Assembly (NCBI RefSeq): GCF_009914755.1
Contig: NC_060928.1
DNA length: 64,000 bases
Source: the human T2T-CHM13v2.0 reference genome, Homo sapiens
Strand: one strand, 5' to 3'
A model generated the notes under the pieces. The model was not told the origin of the DNA, did not search any database, and was given only the letters and a program-made list of their open reading frames with translations. Shown piece by piece: positions 13,387 to 26,706 of the stretch. Each line of letters starts with the position of its first letter. Position 1 is the stretch's first letter. The translations under genes were made by a program, and so were the position numbers.

Positions 13387-15495
13387 TGGCATGTAATTTT
13401 TCATAACCTGACTTCAAACTTATTCGCTTAGTACTCTGCAACATGAATACACCAATCCAAAAAGAGTGGTCTTCTCATTGCTTCTTAAAATTTATCCATG
13501 TATTCAAGGAATAGCTAGTGAAATTAATGTATACCAGACATTGTGCTAGTTTCTAGAGATACAAATTTCGTTTCCCACCAAACTTAGCTTATAGTCAAGG
13601 GAGAATGGCAAGTGGCATGTGAAGACGATTTCCTAGAGCCCTGCTTGGTGATACACTCAAAAAAAAAATGCATAGTTGCTTACTCAAGGTGAATTGCCTG
13701 GCAAAAAGTAAGCATTCAAAAACATTTGCTGTATGGAAAGAGTTCACAGTGTAAAAGAGAAGGTAAGTATCAGTTATAAAGAATCAGAGGTTACTGACAG
13801 ATGATTGGGAATGCTAATCTCTCACACCACGCAATAACTGTAGCTACAGTTCACTGTCAGCACAGAGGAGAGACCAGTTAACATTTCCTCTTCAAAGAGG
13901 CAGAGTTAGCAAATGCTTCTTACATTCACTGGTGTCTGAGCTGGATATTAAGCATATGTAGAACTTCACAATGCCTATGGAGTAAGAAAAGACAGTGGGA
14001 ACAGCAACAGAGATGATGTGGAGGTTTGAAATATAAATCATATCATATCTGGAATGATCGACCTAACTTGAGAGCAGTCACAGATAAGGCTAGAATTTAG
14101 TTTGGAGCAAGATTTTCAGCATCTGGAGTGTCCTGATAAAAAGTTCAGATTGTACTGATTTGGTAATGGGAAATCTTCAAGGAGTTGAAGCAAAGGCTTG
14201 CATGATCACATCCTTTGCTTCCTTTCCTATCCAAATATTTTTATTCAAATTTTACTTTCTCTAGGATGTACCTGCCAAATACTACAGCCTTTTCCTTATC
14301 TGGAAATTCATAGCAGTTTTTTTCAGTAATGCTCTTCAGATATATAATTATAAAAGATTTACATAGATTTTAGAGATACATGTCTTATTTTTCTTAGTAA
14401 ATTTTTAAGTTTGTAATTCTTGAAATGGTCACCAAATTAGCTTATCATCTATTTCTTCTTGAATAAGTTATTTAGTAAATTAGTGGATAAATGGAAATAT
14501 TGGCTTTTTTTTACAATAAAATATAACATTTAGAATATGAATCTATTATGGATATGAATCACTTCCTCAGAAACATGGATGCTACCCAGCTTTCCTGCCA
14601 ATCCTGGGCTTATGCACACACAGTCAATTCAACCCTGCCTTCTCTAGATTTCTCAAGTGGTGAGAAAGAGTGAGGCAGAACTACCTCTATGACTCAGCCC
14701 ACTGCCTACATGTCCTAATACAATCCTAACCAGTCAGGTTTGAGAGCACTCACATATATTCAGCCACCATCATTCCTACGTGTTTTCCTCTCCATCATAT
14801 GGATGGCTAGAGTATTTCCTAGGGTAAGAGTAGGAATATAGAAACACTCAGTATTCTGTATAGAAAGAAAGATTTCTTGGCCTCCTTTAAAGTGTAAATG
14901 TATTCATTCTGATTCTCAATTTTGATTATCATAGCTTCCATTATCAGAATAATTTAGGAATTTGATGTTTCAGTAAGAATTGAGAAAGAGTCTTTGCAGA
15001 TAGATGTGTTGACTAATGTAATGGCAGAAATGTTTACAGGTCTGGTTGGATCGGGGCGTTGTCAAGACCTGCTTGCCACAGCTGCGGCTTCCTGACAAGA
15101 TTTTTCTTCCCAGCAGGCTGCCTGAAAGACCAGGCTAAACTCATAGCTACTTGGTACTTCTGCAGCTATAGCAAGAGATTTGGGCCAATGACACGCTATG
15201 TTGCAAGGCTTTCTAGATTGTTTGAAGTATAATTTTTTCTCCCACCTTCTTTGCCTTACTCTGACCTGTGAATGTCTTTGTTCTTACTGACCTGTAAATG
15301 TCTTTGTTCTTAATTTTTTTATCTCTCTCTTGCTCTCCTGTCTTCCTTGTTCACATCTATCTCCGAGTCCTGATTTTTACCAGTTAAAACCAACTTGATT
15401 CTGATCTCTAGTAACTGGAAGTTATTTAACTATGTGAAATTAGAAGCTTACATACTTATAGGCACCAGGCTGGTGATAGAAGAAGAAATGGGACT

Positions 15496-15880
15496 TTATC
15501 AGTCAGCTATTGCTGTCAAAATACAACAGACTGGGTAGCTTAAACCACAGAAACTTATTTAGTCACAGTTCTGGAGGGTAGGAAGTTCAAGAGTAAGGTT
15601 CTGTGCAATTCAGTTTCTGGTGATGGCTCTTTCTGGCTGGCAGACAGATGCTTTCTCTCTGTGTCCTCATGTGGTCTTTCCTCTGAATGTGCACTAAGAG
15701 AAACAGACCAAGCTCTCTGGTTTCTCTCCTTGTAAAGATGCTATTACTATTGGATCAGGGCCTCTTATGATTTCACTTAAGTTTAATTACTTCCTAAATA
15801 CCATGTCTCCAAGTACAGTCATGCTGTAAGTTTTAACATATGAATTTTGAAGGGACCCAAACATTATCAGTAATAGGACA
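15496..15880 (-). mobile_element. MLT1A/MLT1A0-like MaLR LTR
   Basis: cagactgggtagcttaaac...cacagttctggagg...aacatatgaattttg. Confidence 0.85.
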
Positions 15881-16259
15881 TGAGTGAGAACAGCAGAAAG
15901 CTGGAGAGTGAATGATTCAATTTATTTCCACTTGATGATTGCCATTTGGGAATATGAACCAAGTATATAAAATTAAAAAGGAGTTTTAAAAACTCTTTGC
16001 ACTAACCAGAGCATATCTCTGGGCACATTTGGATCATAGCATGTCTTTTTTATGTTTTGGTACTCTGAGTTAATCCTTAAGTAACATCAATTTCAAGTGC
16101 AGTGGTTCATTTCTAAATGCTAACCTTATTTTTGCCAATTCTCTTAACTTTATTGAGCTAGGCAATGGGGTTTCTATCTCACTGCTCAAATATTTTTACC
16201 TCCATATTATAATATTATTACATGTCCAAATCAATGATTACCTACACTAAATAGAACAT

Positions 16260-16420
16260 AGTTTCTGAGCTCTTTTATGTGCACCATTTCATTTAATTCA
16301 CATCAGCTTTAATAATAGGCAGTACAGTGGCATTTTCTAGATGGGCAAGGACCTCTCCCAGAGTCACAGAGCTGGAAGTAGTAAAGCATCACATTGGAAT
16401 CAGAGCTCTGAGTAAGCTCT
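16260..16420 (-). mobile_element. MIR SINE
   Basis: tttcatttaattcacatc...cccagagtcacagagctggaagt. Confidence 0.5.
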
Positions 16421-16794
16421 TCTATTTCTGGTCCAATGAGTATACTATTATGCCAGTAGTTGTATCAGTTACTACTTTCTGTAACAATTTGTCTTTTAGT
16501 TAAATCTTAGATATTTATAGTGTAGCTCTGTCTTTTAATTCTCATATTTTAAAAAAATTTCTCAAAGGTTAACGTCACTAATCATAAGCCTAAGATTCCT
16601 AATGATATTTGTCACTGACCCTGGAAATGAGATGTTTACAGATGGAGTTCTCTCATCTGACAAGATAAGTCAAAGACAAGACATCAAAATTATGTCCCTT
16701 GCTTTTGTGCTATGAGAGCAATTTTTAGTGAGTCTTTCATTTATAATATACTGTATTAGGATGGTCTTTAAAAATTCCTAGCCAATGGTAGTAA

Positions 16795-16945
16795 AGCATT
16801 AGTGGAGCACCTATTCTGTGCAAGAAACATGATAGGTACTTTATGTAATTGTTTTATCTTCATAATAACTTGGTAATTTAGGTATTGTTATTTTACCTAT
16901 AAAGAAATAAAGACTGAGATGTTAAAAGATATACAATTTGCCAAC
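16795..16945 (-). mobile_element. MIR SINE, continuing at ~17992-18040 after LTR insertions
   Basis: gagcacctattctgtgc...aggtattgttatttta...actgag. Confidence 0.6.
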
Positions 16946-16949
16946 AAAC

Positions 16950-17638
16950 ATTGTTCAGTACGTAGAGTTAGCCACACTCGAGGTTAAGTGCACAGTTCTC
17001 CAGATTACCAAGTCTGTCCACAAATCTGACCCCAACTATAAGTTCATCAGTTTCCCAAAACCACCCTCAGTTTTGATCATTTGCTAGAAAGACTCACAGA
17101 AATCACTTAAACCAATTATACTTAGTCATGTTTATTGCAAGCAAAGGATACACATTAAGATGCATAGGGCAGAATCTGATACTGGCCTGGTTTTAAATGT
17201 GAAGCTTCCGTTGTCAAGGATATGTTATTCTCTTGGTATGGAGTACTGCTGACTCAGGAAGACTACCTGAGCTTTAGTATCTGGAGATTTATTGAGGTTT
17301 CATTACATAGGCATCATTGATTAAATCATTGTCCAGGTGGTTGAGCTCAGTCTCCAGCCTTCCTCCCCTCAGCACAGATTGGGCTGACATTGGCTGGCTC
17401 GAAGCCCAACCTCTAATTACACAGTTAGTTTTTCTGATGTGGCCAGCCCTCATCCTGAGTCATCTCATTAGCATAAACTATTTAGGAAAACACCATGAGT
17501 CATCTCATTAGCATAGGCTATCAGATATGTTTCAGTGACCCACTATGAAAGACAATTTTATCACTTGGAAATGCCAAGGATTTAGAGGTTACTTCTCAGG
17601 AATTGGGCACAAAAGCCAGTCAAATTCTTTATTACACA
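16950..17638 (-). mobile_element. MER21-family LTR
   Basis: ccaaaaccaccctcagttttgatcatttgctagaaagactcacagaa; reverse complement begins tgtgtaataaagaatttg. Confidence 0.8.
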
Positions 17639-17640
17639 GG

Positions 17641-17986
17641 TGTATTAGTCCATTTTCATACTGCTATGAGGAAATACCTAAGACTGGGTAATTTATAAAG
17701 AAAGAGGCTCAATGGACTCAGAATTCCACACATATGGGGAGGCCTCACAATCATGGCGGAAGGTAAAGGAAGAGTAAAAGCATTTCTTACATGGTGGCAG
17801 GCAAGAAAACATGGGCAGGGGAACTGCCCTTTATAAAACCATCAGATCTCATGAGACTTATTCACTATCATGAGAACAGCATGGGAAAAACCCACCCCTA
17901 TGATTCAATTACCTCCCATGACGTGGGGATTATGAGAGCTACAATTCAAGATGAGATTTGGGTGGGGACACAGCCATACCATATCA
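17641..17986 (-). mobile_element. THE1 (B/C-like) solo LTR
   Basis: tgtattagtc...gggtggggacacagccataccatatca; perfect 5-bp TSD ACAGG. Confidence 0.95.
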
Positions 17987-18330
17987 ACAGGTAATAAACA
18001 TCAGAATCAGAATTTGATCAAAGGACTGCTGAGATCCAAATATTATTATGTGCATTTTCTACTCATTTGCTTAGCACAGTGTCTAACAATAGGTGTCCAA
18101 TGAATCATAATTAAATGAATAAACCCAAACTTTTTTATTCTGCACAGATAGAGTAAAATTTCATGGTAATGGTTGATACATCTAATGACTGGGTAATTTT
18201 GTCATTTTATGAGTGAAGTAAGCTCTCAGAGTCATGTGCTAATTATAAAACCTTGTAAACCAGCTTTTCTCCTGAAAACAGCTTGATATTGTTATACAGA
18301 ATTACCAGGAAGTAAAGGAGGAGTTGGAGA

Positions 18331-18881
18331 TATAGAGGAAGAATAACCATTTTTTTCCTTCAACAATAGGATCTTAGTTGGAAACAAGCTCTGTCACAAA
18401 AGAAAGATTAACAAGAGAGAAAGAAACAGAAGTTTATTAACACATATTTTTCATATGTACATGGGAGACAGCCAGAGAATGAAAAGTTCTTAAAGAAGTG
18501 GCTTCAAATGTTAGTTTACATAACAACTTCAACAAAGAATAGTAAATTTTTAGAGAAGTGAAGACAAAGGAAAAGGACTTTGGGTATCTAAGAGCAGCAA
18601 TTTGGAGGAAGGCAAATAAAGGGCAGATAAAGTCGAGTTATAATAGTAAAGCTTGTTAATGCCAATTCTTCTGTCACCATGTCCAGACCAGTGAATGTAT
18701 AAAACTGTCTTTGGTGACTGACCTTTGTTCTCCCTGGTGTGTATGGAAAAAAAACAAAAAAACAAAACTTTTGTCTTTGTAAATCTGTATTCTGCTTTCA
18801 GAGCTTCCCAGCATCTGCTCTTGCTTAATTATCTTCAGCTCAACAATCCTTCATATTGTGGGGTAGCATAGTCTGCCCACA
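18331..18881 (-). mobile_element. MER34-family ERV1 LTR
   Basis: Reverse complement begins tgtgggcagactatgctacccc...gagctgaag; gattaacaagag...aagtttattaac. Confidence 0.7.
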
Positions 18882-19111
18882 GGGATATAATGCTTGTAAC
18901 TTAGGTGATTACAGATGAGACTTAATATAAATTGGTTTGAAGCTATTCCTTGGTGTAAGAATATCATTTCTCAGGAGACATTATTTTTCTGAGAGATGTT
19001 TGAGTATAGTCAGATGAGATTTTCTTTTAAATACAATATAAGTTCCACCATGTGTTTCAAAAGGTTTGTACAACAAAGTAAGATAAAAGCCACTTTAAAA
19101 ATACATTATGA

Positions 19112-19452
<341 letters not shown>

Positions 19453-22400
19453 TCGTTTGTGTGTATGTGCACACACATTGTACAATGGGGAAATGTAGAT
19501 GAGAAGATAATTTTAGGCCAGGGAAATCAGCATTTTTTTTGAATTGTCAATTTTAAATATACCTTAAAGATCTCTGTATTTTGCTTAAAATAAGGGTCTG
19601 ATCAAAGTGAATTATAAATAATATCTAAAGTTTAGTCAAAAGCAGGTAGGAAGCATGTTTTTCTTTTATCCTTTTTCTGCTATGTCTACTGTTGCTTTAC
19701 ATTTTCTGAATATTATACCATCAAAATGAAATTAATGGAAACAGCCTACCCCATAATTCAAAATGGATGGCTTAAAGTAATCTCTGTGAAAGGTGAGAGA
19801 AGGGAGGTCATTTTAGTGTTATATATTCCTGGAAATTTTTTCCTACTACATAATCACTAATATGTACAATTAAACAGACAATTATCTCTTTGGGTGTATT
19901 CCCATGCTTCTGAAAACTACAGGTTTTTTCTTATTGAAATTATTTTATTTATGACTTTGTGTTTTAGAATATATCTAAATGTAAAGCTATACTACTGCTA
20001 GTTGTTTTGCCCTACAACAAAGAATTAAAGTTTGAAATGTTATAGTTACTATGCCATATCCCTGATAAATTTTACATAATTGTACATTAAACCAATTGTG
20101 CCTTTACAAACACAAAATGTAGTAACAGTATATTATTAGACGGGAGTAAATTTATAATGCCAAAAATGTCTTAATCATCTAAAATCTCATGTAAAGGCAG
20201 AATTCAAAAGACCATATTCCTATATACAGCAACAGTAGCTTTGGGGCCCTGAAAATGCTAATTAATAAGATATATAATATGGCAAATTCTCATCATTTTA
20301 ACCAAGATGAATCCATATTCCTTTAATGATCAGTTTATAAATCTGAGAACAGAGAGGCTTTGTAAATACATATTTTGGTCAATCCAGAATCCAGTCTCCC
20401 AGCATTTCGTTGAAATGCAGGAGCCTTAAAAAGGGTGTGTAACTCTCTCAGGGGAGATTTAAGGAGGATAAAGACGTGGGAGACAAAAAAGTAAAATTAC
20501 TAAGGGCTTTCTGAGCTTAGAGGGAGGTGAGAAACTGCTTCAGGCATTAAATTTAGTCATTCAGTAGGTCTTCCTCTTTCTTTCAGGTTAACTGTTATCA
20601 GAGCTTAATGTCCACATCTGTAAGCAGATGACCTCTGGGTGTGCTTCTCTGTGAATCTTCTAATGCCCTAGAAATACAAATCAGTTTCGTGCTGGCCTTC
20701 TAAAATGGCCTACTGGTTGGTGTCTTTCAACACACATACCTTCCACTTTCCCACTGAAATGGCTTGATAACTAGGCCCGTTCAAAAATCTTTAGCATCTT
20801 TTCATTCTATAAGAAATTGCTTTTAGAAAAGTCCATGTCTCTCAATGTGGAATTTATTAATAATATGCAAAAAATACCTAGTCGTAAAATATCATTTTAA
20901 TAATTCCCAAAATTATTAATTTATGCATCCTATGGTAATGATTCAGATGGCTGCTACCACAGTGATAATCAAGTACTTACTGCATTGTGCTAGACATTTC
21001 AGGGTACATAGAACGATCTGTTCCCTGACTAGCAGAAGTTTGCTAGGTTTATTTTGCTAATATCTATTGGTCTTCACTCTAAATGCAAATATGTAAAGGT
21101 AAATTCTCACTAGGATTGATAAGTAATTTAGTGTAGGCAAAAGCTTGGATACATTTTGGAGAGAGGTGTGTTTTGGCAACTGGGAACATGGAACTGTTAG
21201 AATTGTTTAATAGTTTGCAATTAAGAGGCAGAACTGTGGCCCAAACATGTTCATCGGAGTTCAGTTCATCTTTGTTTACTTTGATTTTCACAAGAAGTAA
21301 AAGATTTTTATCTCAATCTTATAAGTAGGTGTAGTATCCATTACATTTATCAGAATCACTTGAAAATGAATGGAGCAATTTTGATTCTATACAGTTGAAT
21401 GTATCAAAATGCATGCAGTGGAATGCTGCTATGACCAATGGCATAGCATAAATATGTAGCAAAGAGAAAGGAAACAGCTTGATAGTTTTTACTGCAATAT
21501 TGAAAGTTTATTTTATACAAAACATTCAGAGTAGTGTAGGTTAGTGTTGACAAAATCCATGCAAACAAAAACAAAAGCAATAAATCATGTTTAGATAATC
21601 ATAAAATAGAATGACTCTTTAGAGTTTGCTATTATTATTGCAGTTTTTAACTGGCATCTTACCAGTAGGAGTAATGAGAGTGATGAATATTGCTATTGAG
21701 ACAAGATACAATTTTTGTTGTGTTAAATGCATATTCTACATGTTCATCAGACCATATTAAGTCTGTTCCCTGGTGTTTCTGCTGTAGTGCTTTTTTTTTC
21801 CCCCATTATTTTTCTGTTGCTAAGAAAACACATTCTGTAACTATGGTCTCTTTATGACCACTGGCTGTCAGTGCTGATTATAATTTAAATAGCACAGGCA
21901 AAGGAAATTTAAATTTGAACCAGCAAATAGCTGTCATCAACACATTACTAAAACAAAGTCATTTGGAGGACCCAATGAAGTATATTAGCATTCAGACTCA
22001 GCAGGCTAAAAATGAAAATAGGCTGAATTTAAAATTACATTGTTTTTTAGTAAATCACGATAAATGTACTTCTAAATAAGATAATTAGGCTGCGATCAAT
22101 GAAAGAGAGTTATTCCTGGTGTGGAATACATTAAGGTGTGAAAACAGACTTAAATGGAAATATTCAAATAATGTGAATTAATTCTTTTAAGTTTCATCAA
22201 ACAAAGCTCAGCTCCCTTACCTGTTAAAAACCAAAACAGAAACAAAAACAACCAAAAAAGCCCAACTATTGATTTTGCCAACAATGAAGATGTTTTCAAT
22301 CTATCAATAAGAATGCCTTTTGCATAGTTTGTCTAGTGGGAGTGATGAATTTGTATTTCTCATCCCCAATCTCGACAGATTTCTTTATGCTCAGGAACAT

Positions 22401-22469
22401 GGCTATGGACACCGTGTATGAACAATGAAGATCATTAATAGTTTTAAGTATACAGGGTGCATAAAAGTG

Positions 22470-22645
22470 GCATTAACACTTGTCAGGGAGGAGGGAAGAG
22501 ATTCGTCAAGAAGCAGCTATCTAACCTGTGTCTTCAAGATTGAGTAGGAGTTCTTCAGTAGCATATTAGAGAACCTAAGGTAGGAAAAGCATGTTATAGC
22601 AGTAGGAAATAATAAAGAGCATGGTATGTTTGGAGAAAGGTGACT
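22470..22645 (-). mobile_element. L2 fragment
   Basis: gtcttcaagattgagtaggagtt...aaagagcatggtatgtttgg. Confidence 0.5.
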
Positions 22646-22651
22646 ATAACT

Positions 22652-23720
22652 TATTGGGGGAACTGCCCCCAATATTTCAACGTAGGTTCTTTCTATTTTC
22701 CATAAGTGTCGGCCGGCTGAGAAATAAAGAGAGACAGTACAAAGAGAGGAATTTTACAGCTGGGTTGCCGGTGGTGACATCATATATTGGTAGGACCATG
22801 ATGCCCACCTGAGTCTCAGACCAGCAAGTTTTTATTAAGGGTTTCAAAAGGGGAGAGGGTGTAAGAACTGGGAGTAGATACAAAGATCACATGCTTCAAA
22901 GGGCAAAAAACAGAACTACTAATAAGGGTCTAACAAAGATCACATGCTTCTGACGGAACAGGACAAAGGGAAAAAGCAGAACCACTGTTAGGGGTCCAAC
23001 AAAGATCACAGGGCAGAGGGCAAAAACAGAACCACTATGTTCACTGGTGCACGTATTGTCTTGATAAACATTTTAAACAACAGAAAACAGGGTTTGAGAG
23101 CAGAGAACCGGTCTGAGCACAGATTTACCAGGGCGGAGTTTTCCCAACCCTAGTAAGCCTGAGGGTACTGAGGGAGACCAGGGCATATGTCAGTCCTTAT
23201 CTCAACTGCACAAGACAGACATTCCCAGAGTGGCTGTTTATAGACCTCCCCCTAGGAATGCATTCCGTTCCCAGGGTATTAATGCTAATATTCCTTGCTA
23301 GGAAAAGAATTTAGTGATATCTTTCCTACTTGCACGTCCATTTACAGGCTCTCTGCAAGAAGAAAAATATGGCTCTATTTGCCTGACCCCGCAGGCAGTC
23401 AGACCTTATGGTTGTCTTCCCTCATTCCATAAAAATCACTGTTATTCTGTTCTTTTTCAAGTGCGCTGATTTCATATTGTTCAAACACACATATTTTACA
23501 ATTTGTACAGTTAACACAATTATCACAGTGGTCCTGAGGTGACGTACATCCTCAGCTTACGAAGATAACAGGATTAAGAGATTAAGGTAAAGAAAAGCAT
23601 TAAAAATTATAAAAGTATTATTTGGGAACTGATAAATGCCCATGAAATCTTCACAACTTATGTTCCTCTGCCACGGCTCCAGCCAGTCCCTCTGTTCGGG
23701 GTCCCTGACTTCCCACAACA
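22652..23720 (-). mobile_element. MER11 (MER11A-like) ERVK solo LTR
   Basis: Reverse complement begins tgttgtgggaagtcagggacccc; 6-bp TSD ataact/acaact; internal tandem acaaagatcaca units. Confidence 0.93.
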
Positions 23721-24614
23721 ACAACTGAGGGTCTGTGGTGGTTATTCATAGTGTTTTGGGACTGGGAAGGTAAAACAGACCTATGGTTTATAATTGCTCA
23801 TCTAGCAATGGGAAGGTAAGACGATCTTTTGACCAAATTATATGTACAAGTGGTTATATATATTTAAAATTTTTCTGTTACAACTTTAACATTTTATTGT
23901 AGTACATATATAAATAATTTCTAAGTGGCAATGCTTCTGTAGAGCTTGTAGCAATAAGCAAAAGCTCTTTGTTCCGTTACCCTCTACTCTTCCTCCCCTG
24001 CCCTCCCGTATTCCCTAGAGGTAATTGCATTTGACTCTTGTTTTTTCTCAAGTGTCCTGTAAATTCCTAACTTATATGTTTATGTTAATTTTTAAAAATT
24101 AGTTGTATGTGTTAACTTTTGAATTTTACTACAAAAGATAGAAGTTTAGTATACTTAGAACCATATCCTTCTTACACCTTCTGCCAATTACCGTTTCCCA
24201 TTTATCAATATAGATATTTATAGTTGGTTATTGATTAAACATCTATATTATTGTTTACATTCACATGTAATGTCAATATAAATTATTATATAATTATGTA
24301 ATAAGTATATAATATGTATAATTTTATATTAACATTATTGAGCCTATATAAATATGATTAAAAGCTGAGCTATGTAATGATTATTTTTCTATTCTTGTAC
24401 ACATTTTTATTTTTCCTTAATTTTATGGGACTCAATTTTGATTTTTTACTGGCTTGTTTTCTTTATATCTATCACTAAATCATCTCAAACACTCAAAAAT
24501 ATAAATGATCTCCTTCCTGCCTTTTTTTCTTCTTTTTTTGGTGAATCTCACATCTCTCCTAGAACCCTTTAACCTCTTGCCAATCTTGAATGTTCTTTTC
24601 TTAATTTCTTTGAG

Positions 24615-24880
24615 GAAATCATTTCTACTGTGAATTAGATACTGTGCCAAATTTTGCAAATAAAAAGATGAACAAGATAAATATGGACTCTGACTTCAGG
24701 GAGCTAATAGTCCAGTAAAGAAGAAAGTGTTAAGAATAAAAAACAATAAATAATAATTTAAAATGAGAAAAGGTCATGTGCCATAAACAAAACACACAGG
24801 AACAGACAAAAAACAATAAGAGAGATGGGGAGTGAAGATTTATTTTATATGAAGTGGCCCAGCAGGCTCTCTCTGAAGAT
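24615..24880 (-). mobile_element. L2 fragment
   Basis: atactgtgcc...aaagatgaacaagata...ctctgacttcagggagctaatagtccagt. Confidence 0.6.
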
Positions 24881-25140
24881 TTTATCACCATTTATTTTTC
24901 ACATATGAGAGAAATAAAGTTGTGATCACATGGGTTGTATGGTGAGAAATGAAACCAACATACTAGGACTGGGTATACTTTTCTGTTGCTGTGTTAAATA
25001 ATACAAGGAACATATGTTCCTATCTCTATTTTAACAGCGTTTACACCAAGCAAAAATAACTTCAATGCCTACTCCAGGAGATACCTCCTCCTGGAAGAAA
25101 AGACTGTGAACTAGGCATTATCCTTATAAAGATGACAACT

Positions 25141-25760
25141 TTTTTTTTTTTTTCCTGAGACAGGGGCTCACTCTGTTGCCAAGGCTGGAGGGCAGTAGTG
25201 CAGTCATGGTTCACTGCAGCCTCAACCTTCCAGACAGGTGCATGCCACCATGCCTAGTAATTTTTCTGTTTTTTTGTAGATAAAGGGTTTTACCACGTTG
25301 TCCAGGCTGGTCTCAAACTCCTGAGCTCAAGCAACTCACCACCTCAGCCTCCCAAAGTGCAGGGATTACAGGTGTGTATTAGTCCATTTTCATGCTGCTT
25401 ATAAAGACATACCCAAGAGTGGGTAATTTATAAAGAGAAAGATGTTTAATGGACTCACAGTTCCACATGGCTAGGGAGACCTCACAATCATGGTGGAAGG
25501 TGAAAGGTACTTCTTAGATGGTTGCAGGAAAGAGGGAGAATGAGAGCCAAGAGAAAAGGGAAACCCCTTATAAAATCATCAGATCTCATAAGACTTATTC
25601 ACTACCATGAGAACAGTATGGGGGAAACCACTCCCATGATTCAATTATCTCCCACTGGGTCCCTCCCACAACACATGGGAATTACGGGAGCTACAATAAG
25701 ATGAAATTTGGGTGGGGACACAGCCAAAACATATCAAGGTGCCAGCCACTGTGTCCAGCC
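25141..25760 (-). mobile_element. AluJ with ~40-bp internal deletion, interrupted by THE1
   Basis: cactgcagcctcaacc and ctcctgagctcaagc (J diagnostics); TSD aagatgacaact (25129) / aagatgaaaact (25761). Confidence 0.92.
25375..25736 (-). mobile_element. THE1 (B/C-like) solo LTR nested in AluJ
   Basis: tgtattagtc...catatca; perfect TSD AGGTG. Confidence 0.95.
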
Positions 25761-25913
25761 AAGATGAAAACTTTCTTATTAGGACTTGCTTCAGAACCCC
25801 TTGCCTTCTGTGCCTACCAGTTCAAAGCTGTTAAATCATAAACTCTACCTAAACTCAACCAGTTGGCACCTCGTAAGGCTCACTCAGGTTAAGGTCCTAA
25901 TTTACCATATTAA

Positions 25914-26619
25914 TGTTATAGTAGTAGGTAGTCAGACAAGAGCAGGGCAGGAGAGGGCTCCCTCACCACCAGGAATGTCAGGCAACCATCAGGTATGGTC
26001 GGGCAGTTGTTAAATTGTTTCTCTAAAATAATAATTTGTCATAGCCAGTACCAGGGAAAGGCAGTCTCCCAACAGATAGAAAAAACCTGGAACTGGTGAT
26101 CAGCAGCTTCCCAATAAGACCTCAGAAGCTGGGCAAGTGGGCTCAAGCATGCACATTAGAGACAGACAAAATGGTGGTGTTTTACCGGTATATGACCTTC
26201 TAGGGACATTTGACAGCTAAGGGAAGAACATCTCAATTGAGCATGTGCACAACTCCAGTAAACACACTGTGCAGCTCACCTCCCAAGGGCTTGCAGGCCA
26301 CTATGCATGTGGACATTCCACCCCAAGGGAAAGAATCCAGGGAAAAAGGATGTGAGACCCCAGAAGCATGCCAATGTATAAAACTCCAAGTCAAAGATCA
26401 AACAGGGCACTTGATCTCTCAAGTTGCCTGATTGACCCTCTTCCAAGTGTACTTTACTTTCTTTCATTCCTGCTCTAAAGCTTCTTAATAAACTTTCACT
26501 CCTGCTCTAAAACTTGCCTCAGTCTCCCCTGCCTTACACCCCCTCTGTCAAAATCTTTCTTTCGAAGAGGCAAGAAGTGAGGTTGCTGCAGACTCTTACA
26601 GATTTACAGCTGTGTAATA
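25914..26619 (+). mobile_element. MER50 ERV1 solo LTR
   Basis: tgtt...cagacaagagcagggcaggagagggc...caggaatgtcagg; TATAAAA ~26377, AATAAA ~26487; 4-bp TSD TTAA. Confidence 0.88.
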
Positions 26620-26706
26620 TTAAGACACTTCTAAAGTGTCTTACTTAAGTGTAATATTAATACACTTCTAAAGTGTCTTAAGTGTAATATTAAGACACTT
26701 CTAAAG
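26612..26706. repeat. Palindromic tandem repeat (33-37 bp unit, ~2.8 copies)
   Basis: gtgtaatattaa(g/t)acacttctaaag at 26612, 26649 and 26682. Confidence 0.92.

Noticed and set aside
17791-17994. Recurrent peptide DLxRLIHYHENS (also 25522, 29343, 48636) suggesting a paralog family
   Set aside because: Antisense translation of THE1/MST LTRs; similarity reflects the repeat family
26612-26706. Palindromic ~33-bp repeats resembling a CRISPR array
   Set aside because: No unique spacers, no cas genes and a primate TE context; it is a local tandem duplication
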